Assembly (NCBI GenBank): GCA_002269645.1
Contig: NIVC01000135.1
Coordinates: 293,334 to 357,333 of the forward strand
Length of the DNA: 64,000 bases
Direction of reading: 5' to 3'
From: Macrostomum lignano
Lineage: Eukaryota
Shown here piece after piece: positions 1 to 11,034 of this stretch. Every line of letters starts with the position of its first letter. Within the stretch, counting starts at the first letter, position 1. The notes below the pieces were generated by a model. That model saw nothing but the letters and a program-made list of their open reading frames with translations. It ran no database searches and was not told the DNA's origin. The translations under genes and the position numbers were made by a program.

Positions 1-1192
1 GCCACAACAGCTGGCCTATCTGTGTAGTGTATTCTTTTAGCTGAAGGGGTGTAACCGGGCCAGTTGGCATCAATTTTTAGTGATTACACCATAACTTTCT
101 CCTATCTCTGCAGTGTATTTTCTCTCCAGTGGGTGGCGCTCGCATTCTAAGTGGCTGCGTGTGTACAATCGGACCCTGGCTCAGTCGCGGACTATATATA
201 CAATTGCACAATGATATGGCTACTGATAAGTTTTCCTGTCTCTCAATGGGCAGCCCTGTGTATTTGTTGGACATTGAAATTCAATGCATCAATTTGCAAG
301 CAGGCAGTGAACGTACACTTGATACTTCAATTCTATAAATCAGACAGTTTCAAACGCTAACTGCTCTTCGAGTTCTAAACTTTAAGAGAAGAGACTTATA
401 CTGCTGAATAGATCTTGCAACACTGAGTTGGAGGATATAAATTGTTTGCTTTAAATAGAAAGACTAAAAGCACAGCATCAAAAAAACTATTTCCAGACTT
501 TTAGCTTTCTGCAAAGATTGTACTCATTTTGGGGTTCTATGGGCGTTCGACCGACCCCCCAACAGTTGGGGGTTCAATTTCTAACTGCTACTGCGTATTG
601 AAAAGGGGTCGGTCGCTGTGTACTGGAGGGTTGATTTAGATTGCGCAATATTTTTGTTAACTTTAACTGAGACTGATACTGACTGACTGAGAAATCGGTT
701 GCGCAATCAATTGATTCAATTGGTTAAAAAATCAAATCAATTTTTTATTTGAACACGCAGCTGTGTTTAGGTCTAACCCTAACCCTAACCCTAACCCTAA
801 CCCCTAACCACTGAATCCTGAGAGTTGATTCTTTTTGACGGAGAAAATTTTGATTGAGTCCATTTTTATAGAGAGAATTTCTGTTTTGCGGAGATGATTT
901 TGATGGATGTCAGTTTCACGCAGAGGATTTCCATGGAGTCCAGTTTCACGGAAAGGATTTCTGTTTCGCGGAGAGGATTTCGAAAGGTGTCCAGTTTCAC
1001 GGAGAAGATTTCTGTTTCGCGGAGAGGATTTCTGTTTCGCGGAGAGGTGTTTGATCGAGTTCTCTTTTACGGAGAGGATTTCAATTCAGTTTCGCGGAGA
1101 GGATGATAGGATTCAGCTGATACATTTCAGAGAATGGAGTTCCGGTGATGGGAATTCTTTCCCTTTCTCCTCCATCGGAGGAGTTGGCCTCG
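1..1192 (+). repeat. Partial (3' part) non-autonomous Helitron-like tandem unit
   Basis: Same blocks as the units at 25823-64000: conserved core, (CCCTAA)n at 773-809, TTTCACGGAGAGGA minisatellite ~880-1100, terminal hairpin CTCCTCC-ATC-GGAGGAG followed by TTGGCCTCG ending at 1192. Confidence 0.7.
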
Positions 1193-2732
1193 TCTAATAT
1201 ATCTAAAGTAGCAACCCCCCCTCCACCGGCCCTGTCTGTCTGTGGGTATGTAACAGGTTATCTCCCAAAAGGCTCAACCGATTATCTCCGTTTCTTCGCC
1301 AAAAGATGTCAAATGTGCCCGGGACGGTACATGTAATTTTATTAAGCTCTAGCTCAATGCTAAGGGGATTAAATATTCGAAAAACTGTTTTAAATGGCCT
1401 TTTTAGTGTATTTTTTTATCAGCCTGCGCGCAGCGAGAAACTTCACAGCCAATTTTAATGATTGCGCCAGAGCCAACTGATAAGAAAATTCACTTTGCCC
1501 CACTGCCCAGATAATTACTCTATTTAACTTGCGTAACCAATTAAGGGGGGGTATAATAAAAATTCTGGATGCTTCCAATATACTAAAAATCAAAACTATG
1601 TACCTATAGGAACCTTTGCTTAACTTGACTCTACATAGTCGGAATTTCGTGGGGTTTTCTGCATTCGATGCGTATCGATGGTGCGCTGGTACACAAAATT
1701 TTGCTAAGAAATTGCTTCATTTTTTCGGGCTTAAATATTCGAAAAACTCGATTTTCTCCCTGTTTTTTTAAAGTTCAAACAGTTCTTTCCGATTGAGAAG
1801 CAGTCTGACTGCCGATGGAATTGTATTGCATCATAACTCAGTGCCAACTATAGCATTGGTTCTCCACACTCGCGTGGAGAGCTACAAGCGTTGAAAGGTT
1901 GCGCAACACATTTTAATTGAGGGGCGGGTGTCGCTATTCAATTACCATGGGCTGGCTTGGTTGTTAATTTCAATGCATCAACTTGCAGGCCTCTCACTGT
2001 AGCTAGCGCTGAATGTACACCTTATGAATTTGAATGCTTTATAGCAGGAATGTTCAATCGTTGTTTGTGCTTCGAGTTTTTTACTTTCAGAAGAGAGCCT
2101 TGTTTGCTAGAAAGAGCTTGAAACGCTGAGTTCGGGAATATAATTTTTTGCTTAGATTCGAGAAATTAAAAGCACATCATTAAAAAGAAGATTCCTATGA
2201 ACTTTACTTCTAAATATACTAAATTATATACTCATTGTACGCTCTCCAATATCGCAAACCCCTACTTTATCGCAACTCCACAATTCAAGCCAGCGCCATT
2301 GAATTTAGATTTAGATTGCGTAACCATATTGGTGACTTTATTTGAAACTGATACATTCAAGCCAGCGCCATTGAATTTAGATTTAGATTGCGTAACCATA
2401 CTGGTGACTTTATTTGAAACTGATAGACTGGCTGAGAAATTATGTCATAACTGCTTCGCGTGATTTACTCTGTGCGTGGAGTTTTGAAAGTTTTGAATTA
2501 TATAAGTGCGACGATTTATGTTATCAAAACGATGAGAGCTAGCCTAGAGGTAAACAGACTGACCTGCTAATGCAGCGACGTGGGTTCGAATTTTTAATTT
2601 GTAAAAGCTTTTTTATTAAAAAAATTAATTTTAAACTTTTTAGCTAAAGAAAACTAAAAAAACGTCAGGTAAATCAGATAGAAGAGAAGCTACGAGTATT
2701 CATGTAGTCCATATTCAAAAATTTTTATTAAA

Positions 2733-3557
2733 CTGAGATGCCAAGGCTGAGAGGGAATTGCTGAAATATCAAGACGTGAGGGGAATTGCTGAGATGTCAA
2801 GACTTACTGGGGGAATTACTGAGATATAAGGGCTTACTGAGATAATTACTGAGATGCCAAGGCTTAAGAGTGAATTGCTGAGATGTCAAGGCTTGGAGGG
2901 AATTTCTGAGGTGTCAAGGCTTGGTGGGAATTGCTGAGATGTTAAGTCTTGGGGGGGAATTCTATGGATTGGGGAATCTTTGAACGAGAGATGCTTCTAA
3001 TGGATATCTCGAGGAGATGAGGGGATTCTTTGGCCAAGAATTCTATTAATGGGCGGATTATTTGGATGGGAGATTCTTTGGATTCCTTGAATGGGGGATT
3101 CTGTTGATTGGGATTATTTGGACGTGAATTTTTTGAACGGGTTTTTTAGATGAAGGTATTCTTTGGCCAGTTATTCTTTTGATGGGAGAATCAATGGATA
3201 ATGTGGATGGAGATTCTGTGGATGGGGATTATTTGGACGTGGATTATTTGCATGGGGATTCTTTGGAGGGAGATTCTTTAGTTAGGAATGGATGGGGGAT
3301 TCTTTGGATATGGATGGGTGGAGGATTCTTTCGATGGGAATTCTGTGAATGAGAGATTCTTTAAATAAAGATTCTTTTGAATGGGATTCTTTGCATGTGA
3401 GATGTTATGAATGGGCAATGCATTGGATGGGAAATTCTTCAGATAGGAGAAGTCCTTGAATGGGAAATTCTTTGGATCCGGGATTCTATTGATAGGGGTT
3501 CTTTGGATGGGGGATTTTTCTATATGGATGGAGGTCGGGGATTTTTTGGATAGGGAT
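2733..3557. repeat. Compound minisatellite: ~20 bp GCTGAGATGTCAAGGCTT units followed by degenerate GGGGATTCTTTGGAT units
   Basis: Both motifs are visibly iterated; the same satellite resumes at 13264-14464 and 25233-25750 on the far sides of the two insertions. Confidence 0.75.
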
Positions 3558-4229
3558 ACTACTAAGGGCCGGCAGATCCGCCCTTTTTGGAGGTGGGGTG
3601 GGTGTCAACCCTCCTCGCCTCTCATTGGCGGGCGCGCGCGCCGCAGGCGCGTGGCGCCAAGCGCCAATTAGGCGCCCATGCCGCAGGCGCACCCTCCCGA
3701 TATGTGCACCCTCCCGAGCCGCAGGCGCACCTACCGACATGTACCGACATGCCCACCCTCCCGATATGTACCCCGATATGTATGCCCACCCTCCCGATAT
3801 GTATGCCGCAGGCGCACCCTCCCTCCAGAGCAGCAGGCGCCCATGCCGCAGGCGCCCCATGCTGCAAGCACCCCGAGTGTACACTCTCCCAAGCCGCAGG
3901 CACCCGAGTGTACACTCTCCCATGCCGCAGGAACCCCGAGTGTACACTCTCCCACTCTCCCCAGTACACTCTCCCGATATGTATGCATACACAGATATCT
4001 AGTCAGCGATATTAGGCTAGTGAAAACTACTTATAGTAGATGAAATTGCGTATATTTACATAAAAAGTAGATAAAACATATTGGTAGGTGTGAATAATGA
4101 CACATAATGCATATTAAAATGTACATATTGGAGCATATGAGCAGCAAAATGCACACAATGTAGGCGCATATTTGACAGAAATAGACAAAGCAGGTACTGT
4201 AGGCGCTACATAGGTGGAAATACACACAG
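3558..4229 (+). repeat. Left terminal inverted repeat of the Polinton-like element
   Basis: Reverse complement of 12598-13263 (e.g. GGGTGTCAACCCTCCTCGCCTCTCATTGGC vs GCCAATGAGAGGCGAGGAGGGTTGACACCC). Imperfect, with internal GC-rich subrepeats (CCCGATATGTA, GAGTGTACACTCTCCC). Confidence 0.88.
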
Positions 4230-4520
4230 TATAATGCAGGTGCGTACACACTGTAGGTGCAAATTGAGTATAATACACTAAAATTATAATACATAGCATA
4301 TAATGTAGGCGCATTTTAAACAATACATTTTTGCATAATAACCCGCAGGTACAAATTTCAGTGCATAGGCTAAAATACACACTCTGCAAATTGAGTATAA
4401 TGCAGGAAAATTGTGACATATACAACATATGTATGCAAATTAAGCATATAATGTAGGTGTAAAGTAAAATACAAGCCACCGGCCCCTAGTAAACAGACAC
4501 GCCCCCAGAGCCAGGGCCGG

Positions 4521-5120
4521 GGGATCCCAAGTACAGTGCGGTCAGAGAGGAGTAACATAGAGAAATTCCTCCCCAAGCCCTAAATAAGGTTTTTTCAAGG
4601 GGATCCCAAGTACAGTGCATGCAGAGACTGCACACAAGCAGAGAACATTGACTATTTTCCTCTTGAAGTTTCATGCAAGGGACCCCTAGTACAGTGCATG
4701 CAGAGAGCTATTTTCCTCCCCAATGGGGGTTATCAAGGACCCCTCACCAAGTACGGTGCGGGCAGAGTAACCGCATACAAATAGGGGTTTTAGCGGATCC
4801 CAAGTACAGTGCGCTCCCGGGTGTCAAATGATGCCCCAATGTACAGTGGAGGTAGAGTAACAGACCGCATACAAAGAGAATTCCAGTCAAACTTTACAGC
4901 AGCTCCCACCCCAAATGAGGGTTTTAGTGGATCCCCAGGGGGTAGCTCTCCAAGTTGAGGGATCCCCCAGTGTGTTGCGAGGCCCAAGTACAGTGCAGGC
5001 AGAGAGTAATAGAGACCGCCCCATGTACTGTGCGCTCCCGGGTGTCAAATGATGAAGGACCCCTAACTACAGTGCGGGCGTAAAACCATTTTCATCCCCA
5101 CGAGTCAAGGGATCCCAAGT
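4521..5120 (+). repeat. Cluster of ~10 irregularly spaced direct repeats (GGGATCCCAAGTACAGTGC core)
   Basis: Copies at ~4521, 4600, 4678, 4746, 4795, 4837, 4983, 5020, 5058 and 5108, separated by variable sequence, between the left TIR and the polB stop codon. Confidence 0.7.
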
Positions 5121-5170
5121 GGGCACATAGGGGAATCCCAGGCGTAAAAAGACAGATCCTTATCTTTCAC

Positions 5171-8100
5171 TCACTCCCGAAAGCCATACGGGCGGCTAGC
5201 GGCCCCATACACCCTCTTAGTCATTACGCGCTGGAAAGTCTTGTCCATCTCCAGGGTCCGGATTGTACAGCTAGCCTTATCGCGCCTGAACTGGGCCTGG
5301 GGCAGGCGTACAGTCCCGCCGTGACGCAGAATTTCCTGCAGCTCGTCCTCGCGCTCGGAAATCTCGGGGGTGACTCTGATGCCCTTGCACTTGAGTACCG
5401 AGTACAGCGACCTGTCGGGCTTCTCCACCACGTACCGGTAGAGCTTGGGGCCTCCCGTGGTGAACTGTACCATGCGGCAGCCAGCAGGTACCTCGTCAGT
5501 CCACTGCCCCAAACTCGAACCGCCCGGAGGCTCGTACTCGCCCGGGGAGCAGCGGTATACGACCCTGGGAGGAGGAGAAGGATAAAAAGTGTTAAGGGGA
5601 GAAAGAGAGACAGAGACAGTGAAAAAATTACTTACGAATCGGTATCGGCGTAAATGACGCGGGTTCCTAGACCCTCCAGAGCCTCGTAGAGTCGCAGCCG
5701 GGCGTGGGAGGTGGTGAAAACGCCAATAGGTACATTAGCGTACTTGAACGCCCGCTCGCCAGCGCCGCCAAATCGGGGCTTGTACTCGAGCATCATGAAG
5801 CTCTCCCCAATTGGCTCGCACGACTTGACCTTGATCGAGGGGTCTGTCAGGCGCTGCAGCCACGCCTCGTAGCTGTCCACAATCTCTGTGGAGGTCAGGT
5901 CGTCGCGCTGGCAGAATTTGCCCCAGAGCCTGCAGGGGAAAAATAAATTTTATGTAAGTAGAAAAACACGGTCCCCACTGCAAGTAGAAAAAACTTACGA
6001 GTTTAGAAAAATCTTGGCCACAAAGCGCAGGCCGGGATTTTCATCCACCTTTTCCAGCCGGACGCCTTCGCGCTCGAAAAAGCTGGCCATGTAGGCAGCC
6101 TTGGCGTCCTCAGCCATCCCCGGCGAACCGCTAGACTCTGCTTTGAGCTTCAAAAAAGTGTTTACATAATCTGCAAACAGGCCCGTGCGAGTCTCGGTCC
6201 AATAGGCCAGGGCATGAACTGACTGCAGCTTGTAACCCAACTGCAGGGCTTTGTGGAGCTCTGGGGTCGACCACGTGCCGCGGAGCATTCTCTCAGCGTC
6301 GGTGTGTGTACACTCGCTGCTGCACTGGGTCTCCATGCAGACGCGGCAGAGGCCGAAAACCAGCTTCTTGCTAATCTTGGCTGGCAGTAGCGGAATGTGG
6401 AGATTGGTTGGCGGCAGAATTGACACCTCGGCGATGCCAAAATACCGGGCCAGCTGCTGCTCATCCAGTAGATGAGGCTCGGGGTGGTGAACCGGGTGCC
6501 CGACAGGGTACTTGTCAAACTTGTTGACAGTCGGGTAGAGCGACACCTAGGGGATAAGAGGATAAGATAAACTCAAACCCATGTCAACTGTGTGTGTGTA
6601 CAAGTGTACAAACTTACCACATCCCGATAGCGCAGCTCTACAGTCTCGGTGGCCTCGGCGTGCGGGACAAAAGCCTCGGTACGGCCGCCAAACAGGGCAT
6701 CCTCCAGGCGAATAGGCTGCTGGACTGGCGCTCCCTCGTCCTGATAGTCGTGCTCCCACAGAACACGCACATTGTATGCAGTGGAGAGCAGCCGGGTGAA
6801 GCGCTCAGTCTCCTCATAAATCGCCCGCATTGGCTGGTTCTTGAGCGGGTGCAGCACGTCGCCGTTGGGGAAGCACTTGGGACAGCCATGGAAGAAGCAG
6901 CCATGAAACTGCAGCACTGTCCTGGTCTCTGGGCCGAAGCCGTCGACCTTACGGCCCATGGCGAAAGCCTCGCCGCCCGAGTCCGCTGTCCGCAACCGGC
7001 CGCCAAACTCGGTTGCATTTAAATGTGCCAGCCAGCACCGCGCCTTGTGCGACTGTACATCCGATCGGCGGGAAATCACCCCAAGAGTGTTGGGCTCCAT
7101 AAACTTGGTGGTGAATACCGACATGGCCAAGCCCGCAATGGTGTTGGATTGAACAAATGCGTCCAGTCCGCAAATGTCCTTAATCAGGCGGGCATATTTC
7201 AGGCAGCCTTCCCGCAAAATTAGCGTGTCCTGCAGGCAATAGTCCAGATACTCCTTATTAAAATTAAACACTTTGCCCTCCTGCTTGGCCAGCCAGTCGG
7301 CGATGGAGTCATGCTGCTTGTTTTTCTTTCCTCCGTACATATCAATTGAGCAGTAGGGACCGACGTACCCCCAGTTTTCCGGCTGGTTAAACACGTGCGG
7401 GAAATCTCCTTTGGTCAGTTGGGTGCCCAAACCAAGCGCCTTTGGGAATTGCGCCAGACCAATAGGGATGAAATTGAGGCTGTCCTTGAAGGTGATCTTG
7501 TCGCACTTCATGTACATTAGGCGGCTGTTCTGGAAGATCACCTGCGGCTTCTTCTTGGCCAGTCCGTTGAGTAGGGCGCCGAGCAGGAGGAATGCGTCAT
7601 ACGCAGAGCCATTGTGCGCAATAGCAATTGCCCCCTGCTTGAACACACTAGTCAGCCAGCAGTAAAAGGCATCGATAGAGTGTGGCCCGACAGATACAAA
7701 CTCTCGCATCCCACAGGCGCAGTCATTGTGCGAGACACAGCTCGTGAAATCGAGTGCCAAATCGCGTCCCGCAATGCAATTGGCTGAGCTGTGTAGTCCC
7801 CCGCACGCGCTGCAGCGGGGCCTGGGGAAGAGTTTGGGACACGCCTCGCAGGAGGTGGCAGCCGTAACCAAGTGTACCCGGTGCTGCTTGCCAGAGTCCA
7901 CGTACGTCTCGAAATCATAGTAAACATACGGGGCGCTAGACTCTTTGGCTTTGGGCGGGGTGACAAAGCACTCGTGGGTGGCAGTTTCGTCGTACTGCTT
8001 GCAGACTGGACACTTGGCGTAACCGCACTGATGCTCAGGGGGCTGGCCTACTTTTAGTTCTTCTAGATAGCCACACGTGCCGCAAACGTGGACCGAATCA

Positions 8101-10139
8101 CAGCGAGATCTGCCCGCCTTATTCTTGCGCTTGTGATTTTCTAGGCACTGAGCATTATAGCAATTTAGCCCGCAATCATGGCATCTTACATATGCGCGGT
8201 TTGCCTTACAGTTGGAGCCCGGAGTCTTGCATGTACTGCAGGCATCAGCGCACTTGTGCTTCTCATAATTGCAATCATAGGCCATCTCGCACTTGGGGCA
8301 GTAGTGATCGGAGCCGAAAAACGCAGGCAGCTTGGTAACCACATTAAAGTGCTGCTCGACCAGGTGCAGGTGCAGAATCTCGGTGCCAGGCAGGTTGAAG
8401 ATGCACCTGTTGGCCTCCTCTGCGCGGTACACGCGTACACCAAAATCGTGCCCGGGACGCAGCCGGTTCAGGGCTCGGATCGCTTCGGGCAGTGCATCCA
8501 CCCCGAAAGGACCGGCCTGCGAGACGGTTTGAAGAGTCTGTGTAGGGGGTAAAATATTTCTTTTAGTATTCCCTGATACTGTGTAAAATTCTTTTAGTAT
8601 TCCATGATACTGCGTAAAAATTCTTATCAGAAAATATATCTTTTAGTATTCCACGATACTGTGTAAAAATTATTATCAGAAAATTTTAGTATTCCTTATC
8701 GTAAAAATTCTTATCGGAAAAATACTAGAAACTTACCGAGTAGAGACCCGCTTCGATTTGTAGCTCAGTCGCAAGCTTAGTCTGGGCGGGCGAATTGGCC
8801 TTGATTGTACGCCACACCTGCATGGTGATGGACTTGGCCACGAATTGCAGGTAGGCGCAGGCCACGACCAGAGCGCGCAGCAGGCATCTCTTGTCCGAGT
8901 TGGTGATGCGGACATAGTGCTTTGAAAAAGCGTGCCTCTCTTCTAGATGCTTGTTCTCGAGAGCACATCCACCTCGAGGCACCCAGGCCTTTAGCAGACG
9001 GACAGAAAAGTTGCCTGACAATACAGTGGCATCCGACTGCACAATCTTGTCAATGTGCTTAAACAACAATTCAGCCGTCATGCGGGCTGCACGCACCGGG
9101 GGAGTATGGGCCGCTTTGAGCATATTGTCGCTCTCGAATTTCGCGGCCATAAAGTCATCACCAGCCAAATCTTGCTTGAAAACTTCGAGCATGTCGGCAA
9201 ACACCTCCCGCAAATCTTCGGTGTTGGTAATACGCACCACATACTCGACACCCTTTGCCCTAAACTTGGGCAGGTCACGCTGATTATCCAGCCGGGCCGT
9301 AAAACCTGCATGGGTGGAATGGGGGAGTGTGAGTCAGCCCGGTTCTGTGTGGGAAATGGGGGGTGGGATAACTCACCCGGTCCGGTAACAGATTCCGGCT
9401 GTGTTGGCGGGACAAACGCGTCTGAAAAAACACAAGGAGATAAAAAACCAGAAGAATCTGTCATTTTCCTGGCCCCAGCGTGTTTCCCCGCCCTAGCCCA
9501 GCAATTTCTTAACAGAGTTTACTCTGCTGTCCCCGCAGCAACTCTCTGCAATTTCTTATCTGCACCCCCGCTGCAGCCTGTCGCAGCAGTCTTTGTTTAC
9601 TCACCCCTGCAACTCTCTGTCGCAGCAATTTGCACCTAGCTGCAGCCTGTCTGGGTAGCGCCCTATCTGCAGCCCCAGTCTGTCCCAGCAACTCTCTGCC
9701 CCCACCTGGCTGAACTTGTCTAGCCTGCCCCAACGATTCTGCAGCAATTTCTTATCTGACGCAGCACCCTAGCAACTGTCTGTTTTTGCAGCAATTTCTT
9801 ATCAGCACACCCCTCCTTGTCTAGACAACACCCCCCTAGCAGCAATTTCTTATCAGCACACACCCGGCTGAAACTTGTCTAGCCCTCCCCTGCAACTCTC
9901 TGTTACAGACCCTGCCGCAGCACCCCACCCTAGCAACTCCAGTCTAGACCCCTGCAGCTGTCGCAGCAGTCTTTGTTGTTTACTCTGCGGTCCCACAGAC
10001 CCTGCAGCTGCTGCTGCTGCTCAGCCCCTACCCCCACCCTAGCAACTACAGTCTAGACAGAAATTAATTAAAACTTACCATAAAGACGTTGCCTCTTGTC
10101 AGCCAGGAAAGCAGTTGCGGTGGCGCTGCGTTTAGCCAT
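5171..10139 (-). CDS. polB: Protein-primed family B DNA polymerase (Polinton type), 6 exons, ~1261 aa
   Basis: Minus-strand exons 10139-10079, 9305-8737, 8537-6618, 6546-5999, 5929-5636 and 5564-5171, joined by GTAAGT...AG introns, give one open frame (3786 nt). Motifs: ExoI YYDFET, ExoII AHNGSAYD, ExoIII YCLQD, motif A DV|VSLYP, motif B KIFLNS|LWGKF, motif C YADTDS|, GPKLY, KCKGI. It also has an N-terminal OTU-like Cys (SDKRCLLRAL) and His (EQHFNVV), a Cys-rich region, and a VSR-like insert (KVDGF...QFHGCFFHGCPKC). Confidence 0.92.
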
Positions 10140-10210
10140 TTTGCAAACAGAGAGTGTGAGAGAGCGAGCGGAGAGAAGGATTATCTCTCTACCCTGGCTC
10201 TGGGGGTCTG

Positions 10211-10333
10211 TATATATACTAAAAAATCTGCTCAGCTCGCCTGTTATTGGATAAATCGCCAAAAACCAACCAAAATCATCAAAAATCACCCCCAAAATCA
10301 CCACCCACCCCACCTCCATCCGGGGTATATAAG
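10211..10333. promoter_or_regulatory. Divergent Pol II promoter region between polB and the PC4-like ORF
   Basis: TATATATA at 10211-10218 with a minus-strand CCAAT at ~10247-10251 upstream of the polB ATG (10139); TATATAAG at 10326-10333 upstream of the ATG at 10385. Confidence 0.5.
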
Positions 10334-10384
10334 GCGCTGCACGGCTGTCAGAGAGCTCTCTGCTGCTGCCGCTGCTGCTAAATC

Positions 10385-10918
10385 ATGTCTTCTATCTCTC
10401 TATACGAAAACTTTGTGGCGCGGAAGCCCACATTTGAAACTGAACACAACTTGATTGAAATTCGGCGTCTCTACACCAACGAGGCTGGAGTGTGGAAGGA
10501 CGGCTTCCCTGCAATCTACTTGAGCGAGCCAGAGTGGAAGAAGCTCGAAGCTGCGCGCCCTGACCTGGAGGCTGCTGCCCGCCTTCACGTGAACAAGCGG
10601 GTCCTGTTGGGCAATTTCAAGGCAGTTGAAGCTTCGCGAGGGAGGATCCGTTTGCTGCGCAATTGGCTCAATCGGGACCCAAAGTTTAATTGGCGCTACA
10701 CGATCGAATTCACGCCTGAACTGTGGCGCAGGCTGTTTGCCGCCCGTTTGGACAAGCTCTTCAAGCCGGCACCTGAGGCACCCCCTCCAGCCAAGCGAGT
10801 CAAGACAGACACGCCTCCGGTAGCCGGGACTGAGGTGGATGTTCTTCAGCTCATGGGTCTCAAACCCTACCAATCTCCGCCCTGGGAAAATCTGTTTAAC
10901 GAGGGTTGGGACTGCTAG
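10385..10918 (+). CDS. Tandem PC4-like ssDNA-binding protein, 177 aa
   Basis: LIEIRRLY...GFPAIYLSEPEWKKL resembles the PC4 core (LIDIREYY...KGISLTPEQWxxL), with a second degenerate copy IRLLRNW...YTIEFTPELWRRL and a C-terminal NLS-like PPAKRVK. Assigned by eye only. Confidence 0.6.
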   Translation: MSSISLYENFVARKPTFETEHNLIEIRRLYTNEAGVWKDGFPAIYLSEPEWKKLEAARPDLEAAARLHVNKRVLLGNFKAVEASRGRIRLLRNWLNRDPKFNWRYTIEFTPELWRRLFAARLDKLFKPAPEAPPPAKRVKTDTPPVAGTEVDVLQLMGLKPYQSPPWENLFNEGWDC

Positions 10919-11034
10919 TTTCCTATTGGTTCGCACCGCCTCACTCGATCCGTCTATATAATTAGTGTTTCCCCCCTCTCCAGAGAGTCAAACCCTATCT
11001 CAGCTCTAATACTTTACTCTCTGTTGATTCTAGC

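Noticed and set aside
3456-4576. Many overlapping ORFs in the left TIR (and 12504-13275 in the right TIR)
   Set aside because: Products of GC-rich subrepeats, open in several frames on both strands, with no protein-like features.
4521-5120. Repeat-spacer pattern as a CRISPR array
   Set aside because: Repeats are degenerate and irregularly spaced, spacers are partly repeated, the context is eukaryotic and no cas genes are present.
6573-6617. Intron 3 begins with codons for VSLY, the same as the next exon, suggesting origin by duplication
   Set aside because: Only about half the nucleotides match and any GTAAGT donor reads Val-Ser, so it is probably coincidence.
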